From an uncultured Armatimonadetes bacterium (GTDB taxonomy: Bacteria > Armatimonadota > UBA5829 > DTJY01), in the NCBI GenBank assembly GCA_963717145.1, contig OY970325.1, forward strand, positions 2,464,001 to 2,528,000: DNA of 64,000 nucleotides, given 5' to 3'. A program made the translations under genes and the position numbers. Below are positions 39,293-53,226 of the stretch, in pieces. A model generated the notes under the pieces. It had not been told where the DNA came from and made no database searches. It saw only the letters and a list, made by a program, of their open reading frames with translations. Position 1 is the first letter of the stretch; each line of letters starts with the position of its first letter.

Positions 39293-40468
39293 CTATTGGT
39301 TACCGTTAGTGTTCGGTCTTGAGCCCTGGCGTCCACCGGAAGTGCCTGAGGACACCATCGTCTTGAATTCCATCGCGTTCATGGCGCGAGAGAGGGCCTC
39401 GTCGTAGCTGACCATGCCCCTCTGGTATAGATCGCGCAGGCTCTGATCCATCGTCTGCATGCCAAGGTTCGCGCTCGTCTGTATAGCGGAAGTGAGCTGG
39501 TGAGCCTTGGCCTCGCGGATCAGATTGCGGATAGCGGGCGATGCGATCATGATCTCCATGGCGCAGATCCGGCCGGGAGTGCCCGCCCTCGGAAGGAGTG
39601 CCTGGCAGACGACCGCCTCCAGGTTGTTCGACAGCATGAACCTGATCTGTTCCTGCTGCTCGGGAGGGAAGACGTCCACCATTCGGTCTACAGTCTGCGG
39701 CGCGTTGTTGGTGTGCAGTGTGGCAAACACCAGGTGACCGGTTTCAGCGCAGGTGATCGCCGTCGAAATCGTCTCCAGGTCGCGCATCTCACCGACCAGG
39801 ATCACGTCCGGGTCCTCGCGGAGAGCGGCTCGAAGCGAATTTGCGAACGATCTTGTGTCCTGCCCGAGTTCGCGTTGGTTGATGACACTCATCTTGTGCT
39901 GGTGAAGATACTCGATCGGGTCTTCGATCGTGATGATGTGGTGAGCCACCTCGCTGTTGATCTGGTTGATCATGGCGGCCAGGGTGGTCGACTTGCCCGA
40001 GCCGGTCGGTCCGGTAACGAGAACGAGTCCGCGGGGCTTCCTGCAGAGGTCCTCGAGGATGGCCGGAAGGCCCAACTCCTTGATCGTCGGGATCCTGGTA
40101 GGGATGACCCGGAATGCGGTGGCAACGTTTCCCTTGTCGCGATAGATGTTGACCCTGAAGCGCGAGAGCTTGGCAATGGAGTACGAGAAGTCGAGTTCCA
40201 GGTTCGATTCAAACCGCTGTATCTGTTCGTCGGTGAGGATATCGTATACCAGCCTCTGACTGTCGCGAGGGGTCAGTCTGTCATAGTTGGTATGGATGAG
40301 CTTGCCGTCCAGCCGCAGAACCGGCGGCACACCAACGGCCAGGTGCAAGTCGGATGAGCCCTTCTCGACGATCAGCCGCAGCAGATCATCGATATGCACG
40401 TCGTCAAGAGGGATCGTTTTTGCCGCCGGACGCGGCGGCATCTGAGTTGTCATCGTAGCGTCCTGCAA
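39293..40468 (-). CDS. pilT: Type IV pilus retraction ATPase
   Basis: GPTGSGKST, LREDPDVILVGEMRD, AIRNLIRE. Confidence 0.97.
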   Translation of the reverse strand: MQDATMTTQMPPRPAAKTIPLDDVHIDDLLRLIVEKGSSDLHLAVGVPPVLRLDGKLIHTNYDRLTPRDSQRLVYDILTDEQIQRFESNLELDFSYSIAKLSRFRVNIYRDKGNVATAFRVIPTRIPTIKELGLPAILEDLCRKPRGLVLVTGPTGSGKSTTLAAMINQINSEVAHHIITIEDPIEYLHQHKMSVINQRELGQDTRSFANSLRAALREDPDVILVGEMRDLETISTAITCAETGHLVFATLHTNNAPQTVDRMVDVFPPEQQEQIRFMLSNNLEAVVCQALLPRAGTPGRICAMEIMIASPAIRNLIREAKAHQLTSAIQTSANLGMQTMDQSLRDLYQRGMVSYDEALSRAMNAMEFKTMVSSGTSGGRQGSRPNTNGNQ

Positions 40469-40484
40469 ATCACACCTCCGGAAA

Positions 40485-40559
40485 ATGGTGCATGGTTGAT
40501 GGCTAATGGTTAATGGTTAATGGTGTTTCATTAACCATCAATCATTGACCACCAACCAT
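40485..40559. repeat. Heptamer tandem repeats (ATGGTTA) in inverted arrangement
   Basis: Six imperfect ATGGTTA units then several TAACCAT-like units between pilB and pilT. Confidence 0.8.
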
Positions 40560-40564
40560 CCAAT

Positions 40565-42354
40565 CTAATGTTGTCCCGCTGTGAAGACTACCTTTCGTAT
40601 CTCCTCGGCGGTGGTTACGTGCGACAGCACCTTCTCGAGACCGTCGTCTCGAAGCTCCGTCATTCCGTTGGCCTTCGCTGCCTCACGGATGTCGGCGAGC
40701 GGCGCTCGTCGCACGACCAACTCGGCGATTTCGTCGTTCATGCACATCATCTCATGGATACCTGTCCTACCCTTATAGCCGGTGTGCCTGCATACCTCGC
40801 ATCCACGTCCTCTGGCCAGGGTGAGAACCTCATCCTTCTCCTTGGGCTGATAGCCGAGAATGCGAAGTTCGGATGCAGGAATCTGATACTCCTCTTTGCA
40901 GTTGGAGCAGACCTTTCGGGCCAGTCTCTGTGCGATAACACCGATGACCGTCGCGGAGATCAGGTACGGCTCGACGCCCATATCCACCATTCGGATGACG
41001 GCGGACGGAGCGTTGTTCGTGTGCAGAGTCGAAAGCACCAGGTGACCTGTGAGCGACGCCTCGACTGCGATCTCGGCGGTCTCCAGGTCGCGCATCTCTC
41101 CGACCATGATGATATCCGGGTCTTGCCTGAGGAACGATCGAAGGGCGGTTCCGAATGTCAGTCCCGCCTTGACGTTGACCTGCACCTGAGAGATACCGGT
41201 CAACTGATACTCGACCGGGTCTTCGACGGTGATGATGTTCTTGTCTACCGAGTTGATCTTGTGGAGAACTGAATACTGAGTTGTGGTCTTTCCGCTGCCG
41301 GTAGGTCCTGTCAACAGCACCATACCGTTCGGCTGAACGATAAGCTCTTCGAGTCTGGCCAGGTTCGAGGGGCAAACCCCAGCTTGGTCAGACCGATCAT
41401 GACGCTCGATTTGTCGAGGATTCGGCATACGATCTTCTCGCCATAGACCGTCGGGAGGCAGCTCACACGAAGGTCGTAGTCCTTGCCGTCCTTCCGAACG
41501 CCGATACGTCCGTCCTGCGGAACACGCCGCTCGGCGATGTTCATATCGGCCATGATCTTGAATCGCGAGATGAGAGGCGCCTGGATGTACTTCGGTACGG
41601 TCATCTCTTCGTGCAGGACGCCGTCAACACGGTACCTGACCCGGACATGGCGTCTGTCGGGCTCCACATGCACATCACTGGCGCCCATCGCGACCGCCTG
41701 CTGGATGACGATATTGGCAACCTTGATGATCGGGGCTTCTTCCGCAACCTTGGCCAGCGCATCGACATCTTCCTCGTCGGCCTCTCCGCGCGACTTGTAC
41801 GAATCGATCGCGTCCTGAACACTGGCGAGTCCTCCGCCGCCGCCGCCACCGCCGGATGGTATCTGCAAGCCAGGCACCGCGCTCACGACGCCACCGCCGC
41901 CATTGCCACTTGCCCCGTCACCGCCGGTGTAGTTGCGATCAATGGCGTCAAGGATGGCAACCTCAGTTGACAAGGCGGGCGCGATCCGCATCTTGGTGAC
42001 CGACCGCAGGTCGTCAAGCGCCATGATGTTGTTGACATCTGCCATGGCAACGGTGAGACTATTGCCATTCTTGAAGAATGGCATGACCTTGTGGCGTCTG
42101 GCCATGTTCTCGGGCACGGCGTTGAGCGCGTTGGGATCGATCCGCTGCGTGGTCAAGTCCACGAAGGGTATATTGAGCTGGCGAGCTTTCGCCTGCATGA
42201 CCTGCTTCTCATTGGCGAAGCCCAGGTCGATGACCAGTTGCCCGATCTCCCCAGGCGCAGTCTTCTGCGCATCTCTGACCTGCTCGAGTTGCTCCAAGGT
42301 GATCACCTGCGCCTCGACCAGCAGATCTGCTATGTCCTTTCTCATTGTTGCCAT
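40565..42354 (-). CDS. pilB: Type IV pilus extension ATPase (frameshift near 41370)
   Basis: MshEN-like N-terminus, AERRVPQDG; second frame [28 protein letters not shown]...CEVC. Confidence 0.95.
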
Positions 42355-42440
42355 ATCTTAACGGCCTCCCAATTTCGTGCCGGAAGCTCAAGGGTAGTCC
42401 GAGGCATTATAGCATTCCGGGCTGACTGCCGCAACCGTCC

Positions 42441-43352
42441 CTATCGGGGATCGGGGCGCAGCCCGGACAGAACCGCTTGCCTCATAACATCCGTCGGCGG
42501 CTTCCGACCAGTCCATATCTCGAATGAAATCGCCCCCTGGTATACCAGCATACCGACTCCGTTCTCTCCTCGGGCGCCGGCGGCTTCCGCAGCTTCCAAA
42601 AGACGTGTTTTCAAAGGGTTGTAGATCAGATCATATACGAACAATCGGTCATGCAGCCACTCAGACGGGATAGGCTGCTCATCCTCATTCGGATGCATAC
42701 CGACCGAAGTACAGTTGACAAGTAGATCAGCCTCGACGACGGCGTCTCGGGCCTCCGGACTGTTCAGCGCGATGGCTCGGATGGAGCGTCGCCCTCCCGA
42801 GAGAGCCGACCTTAGCTGTTCGGCCAGGTCCTCCGCACGGGTCGCGGTGCGGTTCACTACGGACACCCGCGCCCCGTGAACCGCCAGCGCATGAGCCACC
42901 GCCCTCGCGGATCCTCCTGCGCCAAGCACAACGGCTCGACCGCCCTCGGCCGATTTCCCCTCGGCCTCGAGTGATCGCATGAATCCCTCGCCGTCGGTGC
43001 TATGTCCCATCAGGACTCCGTCTACGTTGTGGACGGTATTCACTGATCCGATCAGCAGGGCCTCGGGGCTGACCGAGTCCAGAAGCTCGACAGCGCGCTC
43101 CTTATGCGGGATCGTCAGGTTTACTCCGGCAATGCCGAGCGCCCTTACTCCCTCAAGCGCATTTTCAAGGTTTTCCGGGATGACATTGAACGGAACGTAC
43201 ACATAATCGAGGCCCAGCTCCTGGAATGCCGCATTGTGCATACCTGGAGAGAGGCTGTGGTACACCGGGTATCCGAAAACGGCGACCACTCTTGTGCGCC
43301 CGCTCAATGGATTCGTCAACTCACTGCTCCGCTTTACTTTGACTGCCCTCAT
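42441..43352 (-). CDS. aroE: Shikimate dehydrogenase
   Basis: HSLSPGMHN, NLTIPHK, SVNT, GAGGSAR, MLVYQG; start may instead be TTG 43319. Confidence 0.96.
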   Translation of the reverse strand: MRAVKVKRSSELTNPLSGRTRVVAVFGYPVYHSLSPGMHNAAFQELGLDYVYVPFNVIPENLENALEGVRALGIAGVNLTIPHKERAVELLDSVSPEALLIGSVNTVHNVDGVLMGHSTDGEGFMRSLEAEGKSAEGGRAVVLGAGGSARAVAHALAVHGARVSVVNRTATRAEDLAEQLRSALSGGRRSIRAIALNSPEARDAVVEADLLVNCTSVGMHPNEDEQPIPSEWLHDRLFVYDLIYNPLKTRLLEAAEAAGARGENGVGMLVYQGAISFEIWTGRKPPTDVMRQAVLSGLRPDPR

Positions 43353-43899
43353 CGGGCGATTGTTCCCCTCGTCCCAGCGAAGAGGACGAGGGCAACGCAC
43401 GGAGAATCATCCTCTCGAAAACCCGGCTGATTCTTGTCCCGAAGAACTCCTTCGGGCTCAATGGTTTCACCAAAATGGTGAAGAGGCTCAATCTATTACC
43501 ACCCAATATATCGGTAAAAATCTGGTCGCCGATCACTGCTGTCCTCTCAGGCGCGATATTGAGGAGTTCCAGGGCGGGCCGAAATGCGCTCTTCCGAGGC
43601 TTCATGCGTCCCTTGACGAATGGGACCTTCAGCTTCTCGGCGAGGATTCTCAAGCGTCCGGGGTACCGCGTGTTCGAGACGATGCAGACCTTCATCCCCT
43701 GAGCTTCGACGCTGCGTAACCACTCCAGGATGACGTCCGAGACCTCGTACCCGTGCCACGGGACGAGCGTGTTGTCGAGATCGACGAGCAGCCCCTCGAT
43801 GCCCAAATCCGCCAGTTCGGCGGGAGTGATGTGAGCCACCGATTCCGCCATGCGGTCGGGGCGACATAGCTCGATAAACCTGCTGAGCTTAACCCGCAC
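43321..43899 (-). CDS. yqeG: YqeG-family HAD IIIA phosphatase
   Basis: DLDNTLVPW, IVSN, KP, GDQIFTDILGGNR. Confidence 0.93.
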   Translation of the reverse strand: MRVKLSRFIELCRPDRMAESVAHITPAELADLGIEGLLVDLDNTLVPWHGYEVSDVILEWLRSVEAQGMKVCIVSNTRYPGRLRILAEKLKVPFVKGRMKPRKSAFRPALELLNIAPERTAVIGDQIFTDILGGNRLSLFTILVKPLSPKEFFGTRISRVFERMILRALPSSSSLGRGEQSPDEGSQSKAEQ

Positions 43900-44884
43900 G
43901 TTCCCTCCGAGCTTTTCCGATGGCCTGCTGATGCTCTTCGAATGTGCGGCTGAATATGTGAGAACCATCCGGCCTGGCGACGTAATACATGTAGTCACGA
44001 TCGGCAGGACGGAGCGCGGCCTCGACCGAATCGAGGCCGGGACTGGCGATCGGTCCCGGCGGCAGTCCGCGGTTGCGATAGGTATTGTATGGCGAATCGA
44101 CCTCCAGGTCGCGGTATAGCACCCGATCCTTGTGATGGCCGAGCGCATAGAGCACCGTCGCATCGACCTCGAGCAGCATGTCCTTGTTCAGCCGGTTATG
44201 GATCACCGCCGACACGAGCGGACGGTCCTTCGGGATCCTCGCCTCTCGTTCCACCAGCGACGCCAGAGTGACGCACTCGCGGAGGCCCATGCCGCTCCTG
44301 GCGATCTCGTCTGCCAGAGGATCCGCAATCTTGTCGGCGAACGCGTCGAGCATCATCTTGATGACAAACTCCTCGGATGCCCCGATCGGCACGAGATAGG
44401 TATCGGGAAACAGGTAACCTTCCAGGCTGTCCGGATGTGGAAACGAGGTGTCGAACGACGCGCCGCCGTACAGGGCGAGTTCGTCGAAGCGGTCAGCGCG
44501 TCCGATCTGTTCCGCCTGAAGTCGCTCCCCGATCTGGCGGACGGTGAACCCCTCGGGGATCGTGATCCAGCGCGCGGATACGTCGCCTCGTTCGATCTTA
44601 TTCAGCGCCGCTCTCGGGCCCGCCGCCGGGTCGAGTTCATATGCGCCCGGCTTGAGTGATCCGCTCTTGCCGCTCAGCCTGGCAAGCATCTGGAACCCGA
44701 AGGCACTGCGGACGACGCCTCTCTCGGCGAGAATGCCTCCGATCTGGGAGGCGGACGAGCCGTTCGGGATCATCACCCTGACTTTGCCACTCGGTCCGGC
44801 GGCAAACATCGCATGCGCGACCCACAGGAATGCCAGAACGACGATCCCGGCTGCTATCAATATACGAACAGACTTACTCTTCAT
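43889..44884 (-). CDS. mltG: Endolytic transglycosylase
   Basis: LEGYLFPDTY, LASLVERE, SPYNTY, GLPPGPI. Confidence 0.96.
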   Translation of the reverse strand: MKSKSVRILIAAGIVVLAFLWVAHAMFAAGPSGKVRVMIPNGSSASQIGGILAERGVVRSAFGFQMLARLSGKSGSLKPGAYELDPAAGPRAALNKIERGDVSARWITIPEGFTVRQIGERLQAEQIGRADRFDELALYGGASFDTSFPHPDSLEGYLFPDTYLVPIGASEEFVIKMMLDAFADKIADPLADEIARSGMGLRECVTLASLVEREARIPKDRPLVSAVIHNRLNKDMLLEVDATVLYALGHHKDRVLYRDLEVDSPYNTYRNRGLPPGPIASPGLDSVEAALRPADRDYMYYVARPDGSHIFSRTFEEHQQAIGKARRERAG

Positions 44885-45317
44885 CGTGCGTTTCTTCGGC
44901 GGCCGATTTCTGGCGGTCCATGTAGGACTGCAGGATCACCGCGGCCGCGTGCATGTCTATGATCTCTTTCCGCTTCTCGCGCCTGTGCCCGGTCTCGATG
45001 AGCATGCGCTCGACCTCGGAGGTCGTGAGGCGCTCGTCCCAGGTCTCGATCGGGACGCGGATTCGCTTCCGGATCTCTTCGATGAACGCGAGGACCTTCT
45101 CGGCCTGGATACCGATCGCCCCTGTTAACATTATCGGCATGCCGACGACAATCCGTTCGACCTGGTATTCTTCCACGAGTTCGCGGACCTTGCCGATGTC
45201 CTTCCTGACGCTGTCAGTGCGCCTGATGACCGTGACGGGATGCGCGCCGAATCCAAGCTCATCACTGACCGCGACGCCGATTGTCTTATCCCCAACATCC
45301 AGGCCGATCAACCGCAT
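44874..45317 (-). CDS. ruvX: RuvX/YqgF nuclease
   Basis: GLDVGDKTIGVAVSD, WDERLTT, AAAVILQSY. Confidence 0.96.
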   Translation of the reverse strand: MRLIGLDVGDKTIGVAVSDELGFGAHPVTVIRRTDSVRKDIGKVRELVEEYQVERIVVGMPIMLTGAIGIQAEKVLAFIEEIRKRIRVPIETWDERLTTSEVERMLIETGHRREKRKEIIDMHAAAVILQSYMDRQKSAAEETHDEE

Positions 45318-45394
45318 TCTTACCTACCGTTTGCACTGACGAATATCCACCGCATGCTTGCCAATGGGATGATCAGTAAGGAGTCGGACACCAC

Positions 45395-45492
45395 TGTTCG
45401 TACTGGAGTTGTACTCCAGTACGCGCCACTGATCGGGGAGTTCAACTCCCCCACTCAGTTCGCCGGGCGGGAGTACAACTCCCGCCCGAACA
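45395..45492. repeat. Cluster of three short palindromes (GGAGT-3 nt-ACTCC core)
   Basis: Hairpins 45399-45423, 45435-45451, 45464-45488; TGTTCG/CGAACA ends. Confidence 0.8.
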
Positions 45493-45506
45493 ATGTTTGG
45501 TTGCAG

Positions 45507-48154
<2,648 letters not shown>

Positions 48155-48161
<7 letters not shown>

Positions 48162-49093
48162 GCGGACTGCGCCTCCATGAACGCCAGGGTATCCTCGAGG
48201 CTTCGGATTCCCGTGGTCGCGCCGATCGCCGTCACACAGAGCGCGCCGACCGCGTTGGCGAATCGTCCGGTCTTCTCGAGGTCCCACCCCTTCAGTATCC
48301 CGGTCAGGAAGCCGGCGGAGAACGCGTCGCCCGCGCCACACGCATCGACCGCCTCGACGTCGTACTTCGGGATGCGAAGCTCCTCGTCGGCTGACCGAAT
48401 GTAGCATCCCTCTTCGCCCATCTTGAGGCCGACGACCTTCACGCCGCGCTCCATGAGCACCTTCGCGACATCGGCCGGGTCATGCCTACCCGTAACCATC
48501 CGCGCCTCCTCGATGCTCGGAACGGCATAGTCCATATACGGCAGGCACGGCGCGAGAAGCTCCATCCAGCGGCCACGGGAGTCCCAGGCGGTGTCGAGCG
48601 ATGTCGTTATGCCCATTTCCTGCGCGCTCTTGAGCACGCTGGCGGTCGGCTGACCGTCGAACGACGGCATCAGGAACGTCCCGGCGACATGGAGTATCTT
48701 CGCGCCCTTCACGAAATCGAAGTTGACATCGTCCTCGACGAGGGTGGCATTCGCGCCGAGGTAATGGATGAAACTGCGCTCACCATCCGAGTGGATCATG
48801 ACCATCGTGCCGGACGTATTGTTGTCCGGGTCGCGCACGACACCACGCGCATCCATGCCGTGACCTTTGACCGTCGAGATCACGAAATCGCCGAATCCGT
48901 CCTCGCCGACCTTGCCCATGATACCGGTGTCGATGCCGATCTTGGCCAGATCGACGCCGGTGTTCGTCGCACATCCGCCCGTGTGAAGCTCCATCTGATC
49001 GACGAGGACGAGCTTCCCGCGCCCGGGGTACTCGTCAACCGGCTTGCCGAGAACGTCGGCGACCAGGATGCCAAGACAGACTATATCAGCCAT
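48155..49093 (-). CDS. PfkB-family carbohydrate kinase
   Basis: GGCATN, GKVGEDGFG, DACGAGDAF. Confidence 0.95.
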
Positions 49094-49133
49094 GATGATG
49101 CATTCCTTTCAGATTGGAGTGCTGGAGCACCGG

Positions 49134-49919
49134 TCAGGCCCGAGGACCGATTCCGTGCTTTTGTGCCGCCCGCGGATCGTCCGCGATCGCATCCCACGGA
49201 TCGTCGCCCGGCGACGGCTCTTTGTCAGGCGGCAGCAGATCATATTTCACGAACAGCGCGCGAGTGGCCCTGGTCAGGATCACGCTGCTCAGACCCATGT
49301 ACAAGATTACCATCGGCACCATGAGGCCTGCGGAAAGGCAAGTGAGGAGTATTATAGCAAACAGGACGAAGCCGGTAAAGGACGGATTGTCGAGCGCGAG
49401 AAGAAACCCTCGCTTGAGCAGCTTGAATGTGCTCGGTCGCTGCTCGATCAGAACCGGGAAGTGGTACAGCGCGCTCATCATCCAGATAAGCATTCCGTAG
49501 AGGAACAACATGCCGAGGCCCTTGACGATCATGTTCCCATGGGACAGGTAGAACCATGCGTTGACTGCAATCAGCAGGGTGATGGCAACCTGGCTGAACG
49601 AGAGCAGGACGGCCCGTCCCCAGTGCTCCCTCGCGCCCCGGAAGAGATCGAGCGGCGTCGGATCGTCGTGGGTGATGATCTTTCGGGCTATATGATACAC
49701 CCCGGCGGTGAGCGGTCCGAGAAGCAGGCTGTACAGGCCGATGACGAACACGATCCAGGCCATAGGCGACGGCACGCGGAGGGCGGCCCATCCCGAGAAC
49801 ATTGCGACTGCGACACCAAACCAGACGCAACTGCAGAATATCACGATCCCGAGGTAATCGTATGCATCGCCGAATGACTTCTTGATCGTCTTCCAGAATC
49901 CAGGCATGGGAAACCTCAT
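49134..49919 (-). CDS. Multi-pass membrane protein, DUF624/YesL-like
   Basis: Six hydrophobic segments, GPLTAGVY, lies in a sugar cassette. Confidence 0.65.
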   Translation of the reverse strand: MRFPMPGFWKTIKKSFGDAYDYLGIVIFCSCVWFGVAVAMFSGWAALRVPSPMAWIVFVIGLYSLLLGPLTAGVYHIARKIITHDDPTPLDLFRGAREHWGRAVLLSFSQVAITLLIAVNAWFYLSHGNMIVKGLGMLFLYGMLIWMMSALYHFPVLIEQRPSTFKLLKRGFLLALDNPSFTGFVLFAIILLTCLSAGLMVPMVILYMGLSSVILTRATRALFVKYDLLPPDKEPSPGDDPWDAIADDPRAAQKHGIGPRA

Positions 49920-49921
49920 AT

Positions 49922-49994
49922 CATTGTAGTGGCCGTGCCTCTGTGCCGGCCTACTACGTCCGCTGGCCGGCACAGAGGCACGGCCACTACAATG
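49922..49994. repeat. GTAG-type REPIN copy 3
   Basis: Perfect 30-bp arms. Confidence 0.9.
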
Positions 49995-51020
49995 CTATTG
50001 CGGGACGACTTGCACCTTTACTGAATCCCGCCCGGCGGCGGTCTCAAGGGCCTTGGATACGTCATCGAGCCCGAAGCGGTGCGTGACGAGCGGCATGACT
50101 TCGACCTGCTTCGATGCGAGCATCTCGACCGCCCGCGCGTGGGTGAACGGGTTGACGAACGACCCTACGATGGTCAGCTCCCGGTAGAAGATGTCGTAGG
50201 GCGAGATCCGCATAGTCTCCTGCGGGCTGACTACGCCGAACTGCAGGATCGTGCCGCCTCTCCGCGCCAGTTTCGGGGCGAGTTCGGCGGTTTCCAGGCG
50301 TCCGGCGCACTCGATCACGACATCTGCTCCGACGACCGTCGATTCCAGCACTTCGGCCTTCGGATCGCAGGCCGAGGGGTCGATCTCGACCTCCGCGCCG
50401 AGTTGACCGGCCATGCGGCGCTTCCTCTCGTCCGGCTCGCTCACGATCACGCGAGCACCGGCGGCCTTCGCCAGTTGAACCATCAGCAGCCCGATCGAGC
50501 CTGCCCCGAGGATCACCACCGTGCTCCCGGCGACGACACGCGCCCGGTCGATACCGTGGATGCAGCAGGCCAGCGGCTCGGCGAACGCCGCTTCATCGAG
50601 GCTGACGCTGTCCGGCACTCCATACGCCTGCTCGGCCGGAACGCGGCAGTACTCGGCGAATCCACCGTCGTAGTTCACTCCGACCGCCGTGAGGTTCTCG
50701 CACAGATGGATCTCGCCACGGGTGCAGAACCGGCATGTATGGTCCACGATATTCGGATCGACGGTAATCCGATCGCCGACCTTGGCATTCGTAACCTCGT
50801 CACCCACCGCGACGATCTCGCCGGAGAACTCGTGGCCGGGAATGACGGGGAACCTGACGATATGCTCGCCGGCAAATATGTGCAGATCCGTGCCACAGAC
50901 GCCGCACGCGTGTACTTTGACCAAAGCATCGCCCGCGCCGATCTCGGGTATCGGCCTCTCTTCAACGACGAGCTTATTCGGTTCAAGGAATACGACCGCC
51001 TTCATCCGTTCACCGTTCAC
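49995..51020 (-). CDS. Zinc-dependent alcohol/sugar dehydrogenase (MDR family)
   Basis: CGTDLH, GHEFSG, structural Zn Cys cluster, GAGSIG. Confidence 0.95.
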   Translation of the reverse strand: MNGERMKAVVFLEPNKLVVEERPIPEIGAGDALVKVHACGVCGTDLHIFAGEHIVRFPVIPGHEFSGEIVAVGDEVTNAKVGDRITVDPNIVDHTCRFCTRGEIHLCENLTAVGVNYDGGFAEYCRVPAEQAYGVPDSVSLDEAAFAEPLACCIHGIDRARVVAGSTVVILGAGSIGLLMVQLAKAAGARVIVSEPDERKRRMAGQLGAEVEIDPSACDPKAEVLESTVVGADVVIECAGRLETAELAPKLARRGGTILQFGVVSPQETMRISPYDIFYRELTIVGSFVNPFTHARAVEMLASKQVEVMPLVTHRFGLDDVSKALETAAGRDSVKVQVVPQ

Positions 51021-53057
51021 GGCTTTGCCGCCGGATCATTCTGCAGGCCCTGCAGGCGATGGGTCAACTCGTCGACGTTCACCTGCACCATGTCGAGCGC
51101 GATGAACAGGCTGTTGCCCTTGACCAACTCCTGGGCGCGCTTCACCATGTCCTTGTAGCCGGAGACGTCCATACCCTTTGTCTGACCCTTGGCGATGAGG
51201 TCATTCAGCGTCACCGATGGCCTCCTCCACGACCTCGACCGGCAGAAACCCCTCGGGCCGGATGCCGGTGATCAGCGAAGGCTCCCCAACAATGAGCAAC
51301 TCGACGCGGTTCTTCTTGGGCTTGACCTCGATCTTCTCGCCCGTTGCGCGGGTGATGATCGTGGTCTGATCCGTCGGGACGTGGACCGTCACCGGATCCC
51401 CGGTCGCCCAGATATACAGGCTTTCCTCTCCTCCGGGCATCAGCAGCGCGTATCCCGCCAGCTTGCCACCGAGTACCATGTTGCGACCCGACAGCAGCGC
51501 GGGCAACCACCAGGTCCCCACGCCCAGCTTCTTCACGGACCCCCTGGCCATGCCCTGTGGATAGTATACGACTGTAGGGCGGAAAGCCGCGAACTGCGGA
51601 TCGGACGCCACCGTCGTACCATACTGCGCGAGCCATAGGAGCACGTCAGCGCCTGAGGCCTGCTTCGGGACAGCGCTCTCGTCGAGGAAGAACCCCTTCG
51701 CGCCGAGGTCACGAAGCCCGTTGATGTGGGCGAAAAGCTGGTCCTTCTGCTGGAAAACCGCTCCGTCACCTTGTATGCGGGACACGATCCACATGTTCCG
51801 AGACGAGTGCTCGGCCATCGAGTAGACGTTGCCTCCCTGGGTCGGGAGGCTCTGGAGTCCACGCGCGGGAACCGCCAGTCCATCGAATCCGAAGGGTTGC
51901 TGCTCCTGGAAGAACGGCTGCAGATCATCAGCGGTGAAGACAACGGGCACATCAGCCACTGTGCGCTTCAGGACATCAGCAACTCCGTCCATGTAACTAC
52001 GCACGGATTCGGAGCGAAACTCCACAAGATCATTCCAGAGGGCAGTGGTCGTCGCCTCCACATCGTACTTTCGGCCGGTCTTGTCGTCATATACCGCAGC
52101 GAGTCCCCTGCCCTGTCGCCACATCGGGATCAGGTTGACCGCCTCGTCGAACGATGCTATCTCGTGCCGGAGAACCGACCATGCGACCTTCACGCCGTCG
52201 ACCGTGCGATACTTACGGCTCAGCCATGCCGCGTACTCCATCCTGAAGCCGGGCGATGTCGGAACGAGAGCAGCGACTTCCCCGCGCAGGCCCAATCGCT
52301 CGCCGAACGGATCGGTGAAGAACCGCAGGCCCTTGCCCCACTTGATCTTCGGCAGGACGTATGCCAGCCGGTCCCGGTGCGCGTCGACATCGCTCCAGAG
52401 GTCGGGCAGACTCCAATCCTGCGACTCGGGAACGATCACCTTCTGGGGATAGATGAGCAGGGTATGCTCGACGCCGGCCTCGATGTTCGCCTGCACACTC
52501 AGCGTGCCCCCGGGAACCAACGCCTGCCCGAGGTCGAGGACCGCGGCGCTCTTCGCGTCACAGAGGGCGTAGAAGGCAAGCTTGGTGTCCGGCATCTCCT
52601 TGGTGACAACCCCAGATGTCACGATGCCGCTAACCCTGTTTACGCTCGGATCGATGACGTAGCCGGTGAGCGGCGTATATGGCGAGTCGTCGAGTTCGAT
52701 GCCGTATGTGAGGCCGTTCTCCTCCAGGAGATCGATGGTTTTCTGCCAGGCCTCGACGGGGATAGCGGATATGCCTTTGCCCGGAGTGATGATGATATCC
52801 TTGATCCCCGCAAGAGTGAACGCCTCGAGGTCGTCCCTGTCGGCGGCCAGATTCTCGTCGGTCTGCTCGGCCGAAAGGTACCTGGGCTTGAAGACGAGCC
52901 CGAACGGCACGTATGGCGAGCCATCCCACGTCAGTGTATGGGCGGCGTCTATCGTCCAGGGATGCTTGTCGCCGTCCCGGTCCTCATACGTTCCTGCGAA
53001 CGCGCCGGGGACGGCGATGATAACAAAGCATATCAGTAGGACAAGTGTTGTCTTCAT
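51017..53057 (-). CDS. Secreted hypothetical protein, possibly glycoside hydrolase-like (frameshift near 51210)
   Basis: Signal MKTTLVLLICF; WLSRKYRTVDGVKVAW resembles a GH42-type motif; C-terminus continues in ORF 51017-51214. Confidence 0.55.
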
Positions 53058-53075
53058 GGTGTCAAGAGCCTCTGA

Positions 53076-53190
53076 ACCGTCAGTCCTGAGTGCGCCGGTG
53101 AATGACGGCGTGTATCGAAGGACGGCCTTGCGCCACCGAGCCGTCCTTCGATACACGCCGTCATTCACCGGCGCACTCAGGACTGACGGT
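53076..53190. repeat. Perfect 51-bp inverted repeat (CTGAG...CGAAGGA type)
   Basis: Arms 53076-53126 and 53140-53190, 13-nt loop. Confidence 0.92.
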
Positions 53191-53226
53191 ACGCGGTTAC
53201 CGGTACCTATCATACGCGAAATCCGG

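Noticed and set aside
48162-48407. N-terminal extension of AlaRS (and of TrpRS to 62116, YqeG to 44163)
   Set aside because: Overlap upstream genes; conserved N-termini begin at the downstream starts
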